From a virus: a stretch of 29,701 nt of DNA. The notes under the pieces were generated by a model, which made no database searches, was not told the DNA's origin, and saw only the letters and a program-made list of their open reading frames with translations. The stretch lies in the UHGV virus genome UHGV-0181887; one strand, given 5' to 3'. The position numbers were made by a program, and so were the translations under genes. Numbering within the stretch: position 1 is the stretch's first letter; each line of letters opens with the position of its first letter. Positions 16,521-25,940 of the stretch are shown here, in pieces.

Positions 16521-17155
16521 ATGCCGGTGATGTTCACGCGCTGGATCAGTATTTCGCAGACATCCTGGCGGGGGCGTCATCCAGTGGGCGGGCCAGAACG
16601 GCGCGCGCCGTGGGTAAGGTTTTACGAATTAGCCAGCAACAGCGCATACGCGCACAGCGCAACCCGGACGGAAGCCAGTACCCGTCACGCCGCCGTAAAA
16701 CGCTGCGCACCCAGCAGGGGATCGCCTTTATCTGGGAAGGGCAGTTGCGCCGGTTGAAAAACTGGCACAGCGGGCGCGGTAAGTACGGGCGGACTATTAC
16801 CGGATTTGATGAAGACCGTAATGAGATCCGCACGTTCTACCGTGCCGATATTGAACGCTATACGGAAATTAATACCCGCGCGGGCCAGCGCTCAAAAGTG
16901 GTCAAGGCACCAATGTTTGTAAAGCTGAGAACCGCCCGCTTTATGAAAGTGAAGTCATCAAGTGAGGGGGCTGAGGTGGGTTACAGCGGTATGGCGGCCC
17001 GTATCGCCCGCATTCATCAGTACGGGTTGCGTGAACAGGTGGGCCCGGGGGCGTTTGCGAAGTATGCGCCGCGTGTCCTGTTGGGGATCTCTAAGGCCGA
17101 TGAAGCGCTGATCCGTAGCGCGGTGATTAACAGCCTGGGGAGTGCCGGGGCATGA
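16517..17155 (+). CDS. S: Tail completion / virion morphogenesis protein (P2 gpS-like)
   Basis: 212-aa ORF coupled to R (ATGA overlap); position as P2 S. Confidence 0.7.
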   Translation: MNAGDVHALDQYFADILAGASSSGRARTARAVGKVLRISQQQRIRAQRNPDGSQYPSRRRKTLRTQQGIAFIWEGQLRRLKNWHSGRGKYGRTITGFDEDRNEIRTFYRADIERYTEINTRAGQRSKVVKAPMFVKLRTARFMKVKSSSEGAEVGYSGMAARIARIHQYGLREQVGPGAFAKYAPRVLLGISKADEALIRSAVINSLGSAGA

Positions 17156-17733
17156 GTGCCGAACTGTTGCGCCTCCTGTCTAACGTGCTCCGCGTAGGCG
17201 TGGTTTTTGCCATATCGGAAGACGGCAAGAGTGTGCGGGTGCAGAGCGATGATTTACAGACAACCTGGCTTCGCTGGACGACAACGCGCGCCGGTGCTTT
17301 TAAATTCTGGTGCCCACCATCGCTGGGCGAGCAGGTTTTGCTGGGATGTATGGGCGGCAATCCTGAAACAGCCGTTGTGCTGGGTAGCCTCTACAGCAAC
17401 GACAACGACGCCCCCGCCAGCAGTCTGATGCAGATGATAATCACCGCACCTGATGGGGCTGAATTTAGCTATGACGCGAAGGCGGGCGCACTGAGTGCCG
17501 GCGGCATGAAAACCGCCACAATCCAGGCTGCAACGAAAGTCACGCTTGATGTGCCGGAGGTGGAATGTACTAACCACCTGAAAGCGAAAACATTTGATTT
17601 CACTGAAGGCGGCAAGATGACCGGAGATGTAGATCACAGCGGCGGCGCACTGAAGTCAAACGGCGTCCAGGTTGATGATCATGACCACGGCAAAGTGCAG
17701 CGCGGCGATGCATGGACGGAGGGTATTAAATAG
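17152..17733 (+). CDS. V: Baseplate spike / assembly protein (P2 gpV-like)
   Basis: 193-aa ORF, first of the V-W-J-I-H-G baseplate/fibre run. Confidence 0.8.
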   Translation: MSAELLRLLSNVLRVGVVFAISEDGKSVRVQSDDLQTTWLRWTTTRAGAFKFWCPPSLGEQVLLGCMGGNPETAVVLGSLYSNDNDAPASSLMQMIITAPDGAEFSYDAKAGALSAGGMKTATIQAATKVTLDVPEVECTNHLKAKTFDFTEGGKMTGDVDHSGGALKSNGVQVDDHDHGKVQRGDAWTEGIK

Positions 17734-18101
17734 TGACGGCGAAATATACGGGAATGAACCAGGGCAGCACTGGGATGGTTTCAGATAGCGATCACCTGTG
17801 GCAATCCGTGAAAGATGTCTTGCTGACGCCGCTGGGGTCACGCGTAATGCGCCGGTCATACGGCAGCTTGTTACCTGATTTGCTGGACGCGCCGAAAAAC
17901 GAGACAACACGCCTTCAGCTAATGAGCGCCACGGTGATTGCGCTGACGCAATGGGAGCCGCGGATCGCATTGAACCAGGTCGATATTACGTATTCAGACG
18001 CGGGGGCCGTGACGGTTGAGTTAAGCGGATTGATTACCACAACAATGCAGCCGGTAAGCGGCGCGGTAAAAGTGAAGGAGTCAGGCAATGGCAACGGTTG
18101 A
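17733..18101 (+). CDS. W: Baseplate protein (P2 gpW-like, gp25-like fold family)
   Basis: 122-aa ORF after V; size as P2 W (115 aa). Confidence 0.8.
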   Translation: MTAKYTGMNQGSTGMVSDSDHLWQSVKDVLLTPLGSRVMRRSYGSLLPDLLDAPKNETTRLQLMSATVIALTQWEPRIALNQVDITYSDAGAVTVELSGLITTTMQPVSGAVKVKESGNGNG

Positions 18102-18981
18102 TTTATCTGAACTTCCACCGCCGGAGATTATCGCGACGCTCGATTATGAAACCATTCTGAGTGAAGTGATAGCGATGATCATTGCCGCATACCCGGAAGA
18201 AAAACAACTGGCAATAGCGGCGGCAATGGCGCTGGAGTCAGAGCCCCTGACCGTGATCGCTCAGGTGTTTTCCTACCGGGAATTGATGTTGCGACAAACG
18301 GTCAATGACGGTGCTGGCGCTTGCATGTTGAGTCACGCCAACGGCGGCAATCTGGATAACCTGGCGGCAAATAACAACACAGAGCGACTGACGATTGTTG
18401 AGGCGACAGATACAACGGATGCGGTAATGGAAAGCGACGCCGCGCTGCGCTTACGTGCGCAATCGGCATTCGATGGGCTGAGTGTTGCCGGGCCTACCGG
18501 CGCTTACGAATATTTTGCTAAAAGCGCATCGGGGAAAGTTGCTGATGTTAAGGCATCAAGTCCGGCACCGGCTGAAGTTGTTGTTTCGGTGCTCTCTGCT
18601 GAGGGTGACGGAACGGCTTCAGACGAGCTGATCGCAACGGTCAACGCAAAGTTATCAGACGAGAGTATTCGCCCCGTTGGTGACCGGCTGACAGTCCAGA
18701 GCGCTGAGATTATCAGTTATGACATCAATGCCACGCTGTATCTCTACCCAGGCCCAGAGTCTGAGCCCATTGTGAACGCTGCTGAGGCGTCGTTGCAGAA
18801 GTGGCTCAAAAGCCAGTGGCGGATCGGGCTTGATGTTGCCAGGTCTGCAATTTTGGCGGCGTTACACGTGCAGGGCGTGCAGCGTGTGGAACTGGATTTA
18901 CCTGAACGGCTGATTATCAGCGATACACAGGCGGCGCGGTGCGCTTCGGTCACCATCACGAGAGGCGGAACCGATGAATAA
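18088..18981 (+). CDS. J: Baseplate wedge protein (P2 gpJ-like)
   Basis: 297-aa ORF; size as P2 J (302 aa); synteny. Confidence 0.8.
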   Translation: MATVDLSELPPPEIIATLDYETILSEVIAMIIAAYPEEKQLAIAAAMALESEPLTVIAQVFSYRELMLRQTVNDGAGACMLSHANGGNLDNLAANNNTERLTIVEATDTTDAVMESDAALRLRAQSAFDGLSVAGPTGAYEYFAKSASGKVADVKASSPAPAEVVVSVLSAEGDGTASDELIATVNAKLSDESIRPVGDRLTVQSAEIISYDINATLYLYPGPESEPIVNAAEASLQKWLKSQWRIGLDVARSAILAALHVQGVQRVELDLPERLIISDTQAARCASVTITRGGTDE

Positions 18982-19588
18982 CAGTCTGTTGCCACCTTCA
19001 GCCAGTGATTTTATGCGCGGTGCCGAGGCCGCAACCTGGCGCGTGAGTGATTTGCCCGTAGACCTGAAAACGCTGTGGAACCCTGATGAATGCCCGGTTG
19101 CTTTACTGCCTTATCTGGCCTGGGCGTTATCGGTTGATCGCTGGGATAAAGGCTGGTCAGAACAGACAAAGCGACAGGTGATTAAATCCGCCTGGCTGGT
19201 ACACCGGCAAAAGGGAACTATTGCGGGGCTGCGCCGTGTCGTTGAGCCGTTCGGCTTCCTGATAAAGGTCGTTGAATGGTGGCAGAACGGAGGCGAGCGG
19301 GGAACATTTCAACTTGAAATTGGTGTTTCTGACTCAGGGATTACAGAAGAAACCTATCTCGAGCTTGAGCGCCTGATCGCTGATGCAAAACCATGCTCAC
19401 GCCACCTGACCGGCCTTGCAATCAGTATGCAGGCGAAGGGAGAGGTATACGCCCACGCCGGGTGTTATGGCGGTGACGTGATGACTATTTACCCCTATAT
19501 GCCTGAAGCCGTAGAAGTCAGTGGCGGGTATTTTCCCGGGGGCGCAATTCATATTATTGATACGTTAGAGGTAACAAATGGCGGCTAA
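18974..19588 (+). CDS. I: Baseplate protein (P2 gpI-like)
   Basis: 204-aa ORF overlapping J stop and H start; synteny. Confidence 0.8.
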   Translation: MNNSLLPPSASDFMRGAEAATWRVSDLPVDLKTLWNPDECPVALLPYLAWALSVDRWDKGWSEQTKRQVIKSAWLVHRQKGTIAGLRRVVEPFGFLIKVVEWWQNGGERGTFQLEIGVSDSGITEETYLELERLIADAKPCSRHLTGLAISMQAKGEVYAHAGCYGGDVMTIYPYMPEAVEVSGGYFPGGAIHIIDTLEVTNGG

Positions 19589-20864
19589 ATTCTTTGCCCT
19601 GCTGACTGCTCAGGGGGCGGCAAAATTATCAAATATGGCTGCGCTGGGTGAGAAGTTAGAAATCACCTCGCTCGCAGTTGGCGACGGCGGCGGCAAATCA
19701 CCAACGCCAAACCAGGCACAGACAGCGCTGGTTAACGAGGTGCGCCGCGCCCAGCTTAACTCGCTGTCAGTGGACGATAAAAACGACAGCCAGATTATTG
19801 CGGAGCAGATTATTCCTGAATCCGTTGGCGGGTGGTGGATTCGTGAAATAGGACTCTTTGACGCTGATGGTATCTTGATTGCTGTGGCTAACTGCCCGGA
19901 GACGTACAAGGCCACAACAGAGGAAGGATCAGGCCGTACGCAGGTTATCAGGATGGTGCTCACGGTATCGAGCACTGATGCCGTTACCCTGAAAGTTGAT
20001 CCATCGGTTGTGCTGGCAACCCGGCAGTATGTTGATAGTGCTGTAATTGAGGTGAAAACCTATACAGACAACGCGATAAAAAAGCACGTTGACACCGCTA
20101 ATCCGCATAGCCAGTACCTGTTGATTGAAAATGCTCTTAAAGAATTGATTAAGGCCGGGTTGGTTGGAGAGGCTATCAAAAACCTTGGTTTAGATAAAAC
20201 AGTTCAATTAGCAGCCGATGCGTTACCTGCTTCTGGTGGGAGGGTTACTGGTGATGTGATTGTTGAAGGTATTATCTCAGCAGTCGGACACGAAATGATC
20301 GTGGAAAAAGAGAGTGGTTTTTCAGGTATTCATATCAAAAATAAAAGCAGTGAAAATGGAAGTGCATGTGGTTTGGATTTTTCATTTGGTGGAGCAATTA
20401 TGTCGTCGATTATTTGCGGCATAATGGGAAACGGCGCGAACTATATTGATTTTGCTTTATCTCCATCAGGGGAGATCTCCGATCGTCGAGTTAATGCATT
20501 CACAATGAATGCTGATGTGAAAAAATTGATTTTTCAGAATGATTGGGGCATTCAGGGGTATGTGAAAAATACAGACTTTACTCAGGTAATGGCTGATGCC
20601 GGTTGGGTGCGTTTTCCAAATGGAATAATTTTACAGTGGTGTTGGGGGAATACTGATGGTGGCGGCTGGGCTTCAGCCCCTTTTCCTATTGGTTGGCCTG
20701 TTCGCTGTTTTGGTATCTTGCCATGCAATGTGGCTGGTAATGCAGCAGCGTCGGCGATTGCTGGAGTTAAAAGATTAAGCGATCGAGATATGCAGGTTTC
20801 TTTATTAGAAAGAACAGGCGCCGCTGCGTCAAAACCATTCTTTTGCTTTGGTGTGGGGTGTTAA
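19578..20864 (+). CDS. H: Tail fibre protein (P2 gpH-like N-terminus, divergent AT-rich C-terminal receptor-binding region)
   Basis: 428 aa; conserved N-terminal anchor region; the 3' third (about 20200-20864) is visibly AT-rich; shorter than P2 H (about 669 aa, from memory). Confidence 0.8.
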   Translation: MAAKFFALLTAQGAAKLSNMAALGEKLEITSLAVGDGGGKSPTPNQAQTALVNEVRRAQLNSLSVDDKNDSQIIAEQIIPESVGGWWIREIGLFDADGILIAVANCPETYKATTEEGSGRTQVIRMVLTVSSTDAVTLKVDPSVVLATRQYVDSAVIEVKTYTDNAIKKHVDTANPHSQYLLIENALKELIKAGLVGEAIKNLGLDKTVQLAADALPASGGRVTGDVIVEGIISAVGHEMIVEKESGFSGIHIKNKSSENGSACGLDFSFGGAIMSSIICGIMGNGANYIDFALSPSGEISDRRVNAFTMNADVKKLIFQNDWGIQGYVKNTDFTQVMADAGWVRFPNGIILQWCWGNTDGGGWASAPFPIGWPVRCFGILPCNVAGNAAASAIAGVKRLSDRDMQVSLLERTGAAASKPFFCFGVGC

Positions 20865-20866
20865 TT

Positions 20867-21298
20867 ATGTTTAGTAATATATATTTCAGTGCTAAGAATA
20901 ACTCATTCTTTTTTGAGTCAATGAAATCAGACTATGAAAAAACGAATACTTGGCCTGATGACATTGTTGAAGTTGAATCTGATATTTATCAGAAATACAC
21001 AGGAAGGCCGCCAGAAGGAAAAGGTAGAGGAGGCGACGCTTCCGGTCAGCCTGTATGGGTTGATGTATCAGAGCCTACAGCCGATCAGTTAATTGCGTTA
21101 GCTATACAGCAAAAAAAAGACTTGGCTGAAAATGCAGGTACAGAAATTGCGTGGCGGCAGGATGCGATTGAAGCTGGTATTTCAACCGATGATGAAGTTA
21201 TTCAGCTTGCGAAGTGGAAGAAATATCGGGTGCTATTGATGCGTATTGACACATCAAAAGCCCCCGACATTATCTGGCCTGATATCCCTGAGGATTAA
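20867..21298 (+). CDS. G: Tail fibre assembly chaperone (Tfa, P2 gpG position)
   Basis: 143 aa from ATG 20867, directly after H; AT-rich; the conserved Tfa-like C-terminal half is a family assignment by position and size. Confidence 0.7.
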   Translation: MFSNIYFSAKNNSFFFESMKSDYEKTNTWPDDIVEVESDIYQKYTGRPPEGKGRGGDASGQPVWVDVSEPTADQLIALAIQQKKDLAENAGTEIAWRQDAIEAGISTDDEVIQLAKWKKYRVLLMRIDTSKAPDIIWPDIPED

Positions 21299-22263
21299 TT
21301 TGATAGGCTTTTTAGTCTAAAGTTTGCAATTAAATTATCTTTAATGATATTAGCTATTGAATAGCTAATGCAAATAGTGCATGCGACTGTTGTTATGACT
21401 AACCAATCAGATGCAAATTGTTTTGCAAGCTGAATGGCATAGATTTGTATAAGATATATGTTTTTTGAGTGCTCGCGAATTGTGAAGGTGTTTTTTGTTT
21501 TCAGGGTGATATCTAGCACTTTTAAAAAAACAAAAACACCAGCGAACGGAAGTGAAAAAAGCATATCAAAGGTATATGTGCCATATGAATAATTTACGGA
21601 TGCCTCAATGATGACCAAAATAATGGAACCAATGAGTAAATATGTATTGTTATTTCTTATATTATTTTTATTTATAAGGTATCCAAGCATAAATAATGGA
21701 AAACCCATGAAAAGACCGTTTCTGGAAAAGAAAACTGTAGCGAGAGACCATATATCACGATTTATGTCAATGGCATAATTTGCGCGATATTGAAGTAACG
21801 TGCCGCACGTATAAAGTATGCAGCATATGATTATTGATGTGCGATCTTTTAGCTTAGCTAAAAGTAATGTTAATAATGCCGATACTATCAGGGCAGGGAA
21901 AAACCATAAGTGCCAAAATCCAAATACTGCATTTAGAGATAAATATGTAAGGTCTGTCGCTAAAGGTTTACCCGCCCTAATAAAACCAACTAACCCTAGT
22001 ATTATTGGCAAGTAAAGAAGCGTCCATAGAGCATAGGTTTTTATATTGTGAGAAAACCATTTTTTAATTTTATTTTTTTGCATTACAGAAAAATAAAAAT
22101 ACCCACTAGTAATGAAAAAGAATGGCACTGCAATCCTTAGAAGTCCCTGGCAAGTAACATATCCTATATAATTACTGTTGCCGCCTAAAATGTCTGTGTG
22201 TATAAAAATAATACAAAACGCAAAGAAAAGTTTTGCGTAATCAATTGAGGAAAGGTTTTTCAT
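21295..22263 (-). CDS. Acyltransferase family 3 integral membrane protein (OafA/Oac-like O-acetyltransferase candidate); lysogenic-conversion moron
   Basis: 322-aa polytopic membrane protein with about 10 hydrophobic segments; strongly AT-rich by eye; antisense to the late operon at the P2 Z/fun variable position. Confidence 0.7.
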   Translation of the reverse strand: MKNLSSIDYAKLFFAFCIIFIHTDILGGNSNYIGYVTCQGLLRIAVPFFFITSGYFYFSVMQKNKIKKWFSHNIKTYALWTLLYLPIILGLVGFIRAGKPLATDLTYLSLNAVFGFWHLWFFPALIVSALLTLLLAKLKDRTSIIICCILYTCGTLLQYRANYAIDINRDIWSLATVFFSRNGLFMGFPLFMLGYLINKNNIRNNNTYLLIGSIILVIIEASVNYSYGTYTFDMLFSLPFAGVFVFLKVLDITLKTKNTFTIREHSKNIYLIQIYAIQLAKQFASDWLVITTVACTICISYSIANIIKDNLIANFRLKSLSN

Positions 22264-22388
22264 ATAGAGTCTAGTCGCGCAATTAGGAAGAATGTGGTTA
22301 TTTTACTTACAAAAATTCTAAGGGCAATCATTTAGTCTGCACAATTTACACATAATTGAGCAAAATTAGAGCCAGGTCTCTTGTTGCT

Positions 22389-22424
22389 CCCCTCGGTGAA
22401 AACCAATCCGAGGGGGATATTTTT
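22389..22424 (+). terminator. Intrinsic terminator (plus-strand orientation) at the right end of accessory island 2
   Basis: CCCCTCGG (22389-22396), 11-nt loop, CCGAGGGG (22408-22415), then GATATTTTT; U-tail only on the plus strand, so likely ends the V-G late transcript. Confidence 0.5.
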
Positions 22425-22430
22425 ACTTGT

Positions 22431-22919
22431 TTAAAACAGACTGGATGCGGCAGCGCTGATATTATTCAGCGCTGAGTTGGCTGTGTTTTGTAGGTTGCTG
22501 AGTAAATCACTCACTGATGAAGACTGGAGGCTTTCGCGCAGGTCTTCATCCTGCCTTTGAAACGTGATCGTAAATTCTATTTTCTTCGGCTCCCCATACT
22601 GGTCAAATTCAGTATCGGTTGTCTGAAGCTGCGTTATCGAATACATGCCATATATCCGCCCGGTGCCGCTGATAAGGGGCCAGGGGCGTCCGGTATATGC
22701 CTGTGTATCGAGCACAGTTAGACTCACCTTGCCGCCGGTCACTGAAGGGTACAAAACGCCGGATAGGGTGATTTGATCGTCACCTGCACCAATGTATTGC
22801 CACTTTGCCGATCGGTTTATGCGCTCGTTCTTCACATGCCGCCAGGTCTTTGACTGCTGCAATTGTTGGTGTGGAACGGTTTTTAACTCAAAGACGAACA
22901 TTCCGTAAACCATCATCAT
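22431..22919 (-). CDS. U: Tail protein U (P2 gpU-like)
   Basis: 162 aa; N-terminus MMMVYGMFVFELKTVPHQ resembles P2 U (recalled from memory); follows the tape measure gene. Confidence 0.8.
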   Translation of the reverse strand: MMMVYGMFVFELKTVPHQQLQQSKTWRHVKNERINRSAKWQYIGAGDDQITLSGVLYPSVTGGKVSLTVLDTQAYTGRPWPLISGTGRIYGMYSITQLQTTDTEFDQYGEPKKIEFTITFQRQDEDLRESLQSSSVSDLLSNLQNTANSALNNISAAASSLF

Positions 22920-22931
22920 TTTTTTGCTCTC

Positions 22932-25900
22932 CTAATCTTTGTCTCTGAAACTGCTGCCAGAGCGGGAACGCTTGTTAAGTTCCGCCACAACTGCTTCACC
23001 CACCATCCGTGCAATGTCGCGGGCGTCGTTGCTGAGATTGCCGTGCATATGAATGTGAATATGCATTTCATCAGGCGCGGTGTTTTGCGTCGGTCTGCTG
23101 GCTTGTTTACTGGATTGCCCGCCAATAGCCTGTACTTCAGCCGCCGGTTTAATCGGTGCTGATGCCGCTGTGATAGCGGGGCGTGCGCTAAGTTGGGCCA
23201 GGTTAGCGCCAGGGGTTGATTGTGCTTCCTGCCATGCGCCGTGGACGGCTAAAGCGCGGGGCAGATTTTTAAACACGATATCGCCAGGGCCGATCCGCTT
23301 TTTGGTTTCATCCAGCATCCCGCCGGTGTTGTCGGCAATTTTCTGTAGGCGTCGTTGCGTTCCTGTATCAGCGGCAATCACTGGTGACGGTGGGGCAATA
23401 GGTGGCGCGGTTACCGCTTTCACATCACCGGTGAGCGCGCTAACTTTATCCTGCAGCATAGCCAGTCCTGCCGGTGTTAACTCCTGCTGTATCTTTTGTG
23501 CCTTTGCTCTGGCTGCTTCAATGCCTGAAGGGATTAATCCCAACTTTTCCAGTATCCAGCCAATGCCTTTCATTAACCCCGTTAAGGGCAACATTAACCC
23601 CTGAAGCACCGCACCAAATACGGTGCCGAATCCATACCCGGCAATTTTGCAATCATCCAGCGTCTTTTGTGTTGTTTGCATTGGGCTAATCAGGTTTGTA
23701 AACCACTGCCACACTTGGGCGAGCGCATTTGAAATAACGCCAAATATCGGGGCTAGAGAGGAAAACGCAGTGATTAAAGGGGCGAGGGCATTAACCACAC
23801 CAGTAAAGAATCCCGCAAAGAAGGCTTTGATCGGCTCCCAGTATTTCCAGACCAGTAGACCTACCGCGATAAGCGCCGCGCCAATCAGTCCAATCGGACT
23901 CAGGATAAACGACAGCACACCGCCGAGAGCGGAAATTGCGGTTGTGGCAATGCTCATGATAGTGGGGATGCCGGACAATCTGAGGAGAAGGCCACCAATG
24001 CTCTTAGTTAGCCCACCAATCGCCGCCCCTGGCGACATAAACGCCCCCATCATAATTCCGCGTAACGGCGCAAGAATGCTGGTAAGTTTTCCAGTACTTC
24101 CCGCTATTCCGCCCAAAATTGGGCCCCAGGCCCGCGCGCTGCCAAGCGGCCCGGTAATGGCACCACCAAGACGACTGAATAGAGATAGCGCACCGCCAGC
24201 ACTGCCGGAACTTGTCAGCAGGGTAAAGCCGAGTTGCAGTTTTGCCAGCGGGCCAAGAAGTAAGCCAATAGCCAGAGACGTTGCACCAATCGCGGCGGTG
24301 AGGGCCAGCGCACTGCCGCCAACTACCAGAAGGGTTTTTGATAGCTGCGGATTCTTATTCGCCCATTCCGTCATCACGCCGATCGTACCGGTTAGTGCCT
24401 GGGTGAGTTTTCGCAGTGCGCCGTCCGCCAGTTCTTCAATCTGGATGCGGAACGCTTCCAAGGCGCTATCGAGTTCTTTTAGATCCCCGCCCAGGTTGTC
24501 CGCCATTTTTTTTGCGACGGTGGCGGATTCACCGGCGGCGCCCTGAAGTTCTTTTGTGAGCTTTTGTAGCTCCCCCGAACCTGCCGCCTGTACCAGCGTT
24601 TGAAGGCCCACAAAAGCCTCTTCACCGGCGATGTCCTTGAAGAACGATACCTGATCGACTTCGCCGTATTTTTTCGTGGCCTTGAAAAGGTCTGACAGCA
24701 CGGTTTCCATCGGGCGCATTTTCCCGTTGGCGTCGGCAACTGATACGCCCAACTCTGCCAGGGCTTTAGCCGCGGCTTTTGGCGGTGAGGCTAGGCGGGA
24801 AAGGCTGGAACGCATAGCTGTACCGGCGTCACTGCCGCGCAGACCGTTATTGGCAAGCATACCCGCCATAGCGGATGCCTCTTCCAGGCTAATTCCCAGA
24901 TTAGCCGCCACTGGCCCGGCATATTTCATTGTGTCGCCCAGGGCGCGCAGGTCGGTATTGGTACGGGTAAAAGCGGCGGTTAGCGTATCGCCAACCCTGT
25001 CCATCTGATCTGATGACAGCTTGAATTGCGTCAGGATGTTTGAACCGATATCAGCGGATTCGCCCAGATCCATGCCACCGGCTAACGCCATATTCAGAAC
25101 GCCAGGCAATGCGGCCTGAATTGACTGTGGTGTAAAGCCCGCCATTGCTAAGAAGGCTTGCCCGCTGGCGGCGTCTCGCGTGGTAAATGCGGTTTCAGCA
25201 CCCAGTTTTTTAGCCTGGGCGCGCATAGCGGCAAACTGTTCATCGCCCTTATCCAGGCGAGTCAGTGCACCTACGCGGGACATTTCCTCATCAAAACCAA
25301 CGGCTGGGGCCAGGAAGCGTCCGGCAGCGTAGCCCGCCCCCGCGCTTGCGCCAACAGCCATTGCGCCGCCGGTGCGTAGTTTGCCAGCCGTGGCGCTCAG
25401 ACGGTCATAGCGGGCGCGCGCGTTGGTGACTGCGGCAAGTTGTCGCCGTTCTCTCTCAAGCGTCTGGTTATATTGCTCAGTGCGCCTGATGGCGCTTTGA
25501 ATTGTGCGATCGCCGCCCGCCAGTGAGACACCGTGCGCGCGCAGCGCCTGGGACGCTTGCTGGAGTTTTGCTGTCTCCTGTGACCGGCTGGCATTCAGGC
25601 GATCAAGTTTCGCCGCCAGTGCCGTCATGCGCTCGCGCTGTGCGTCGGTTAGTACGGTGCCGTCCTTCTGGGCTTTGTTCAGGCCGTCAAAGGCGCGCTG
25701 TGTTGTAGTAAGTTGCTGGGCTGTCTTTTTAACGCGCTCATTCAGGCGGTTGAATGCCTGGGATTGCGTTTCCAGATCCTTGATAGAAGATTGTGTTTTT
25801 TTGAGGGATTCAGATAAGCCGCCCACTGAGTTGCGGGCGGCATTTACCGGGCGGGTTAACTTATCAATCGCACTGAAGGCGACACGAATATTAAGGTCTT

Positions 25901-25940
25901 TCATCTTCACTGTTTCCGCTTCGGATAGCCGCCCGCTCAC
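22932..25940 (-). CDS. T: Tail tape measure protein (P2 gpT-like)
   Basis: 1002-aa Ala/Gly-rich protein with coiled-coil N-terminus and hydrophobic glycine-zipper-like central segments; follows E/E'. Confidence 0.9.
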   Translation of the reverse strand: MSGRLSEAETVKMKDLNIRVAFSAIDKLTRPVNAARNSVGGLSESLKKTQSSIKDLETQSQAFNRLNERVKKTAQQLTTTQRAFDGLNKAQKDGTVLTDAQRERMTALAAKLDRLNASRSQETAKLQQASQALRAHGVSLAGGDRTIQSAIRRTEQYNQTLERERRQLAAVTNARARYDRLSATAGKLRTGGAMAVGASAGAGYAAGRFLAPAVGFDEEMSRVGALTRLDKGDEQFAAMRAQAKKLGAETAFTTRDAASGQAFLAMAGFTPQSIQAALPGVLNMALAGGMDLGESADIGSNILTQFKLSSDQMDRVGDTLTAAFTRTNTDLRALGDTMKYAGPVAANLGISLEEASAMAGMLANNGLRGSDAGTAMRSSLSRLASPPKAAAKALAELGVSVADANGKMRPMETVLSDLFKATKKYGEVDQVSFFKDIAGEEAFVGLQTLVQAAGSGELQKLTKELQGAAGESATVAKKMADNLGGDLKELDSALEAFRIQIEELADGALRKLTQALTGTIGVMTEWANKNPQLSKTLLVVGGSALALTAAIGATSLAIGLLLGPLAKLQLGFTLLTSSGSAGGALSLFSRLGGAITGPLGSARAWGPILGGIAGSTGKLTSILAPLRGIMMGAFMSPGAAIGGLTKSIGGLLLRLSGIPTIMSIATTAISALGGVLSFILSPIGLIGAALIAVGLLVWKYWEPIKAFFAGFFTGVVNALAPLITAFSSLAPIFGVISNALAQVWQWFTNLISPMQTTQKTLDDCKIAGYGFGTVFGAVLQGLMLPLTGLMKGIGWILEKLGLIPSGIEAARAKAQKIQQELTPAGLAMLQDKVSALTGDVKAVTAPPIAPPSPVIAADTGTQRRLQKIADNTGGMLDETKKRIGPGDIVFKNLPRALAVHGAWQEAQSTPGANLAQLSARPAITAASAPIKPAAEVQAIGGQSSKQASRPTQNTAPDEMHIHIHMHGNLSNDARDIARMVGEAVVAELNKRSRSGSSFRDKD

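Noticed and set aside
23623-24546. 307-aa plus-strand ORF inside the tape measure gene T
   Set aside because: Antisense to T; Pro/Ala/Arg-rich translation reflects the Ala/Gly codon bias of T, not an independent gene.
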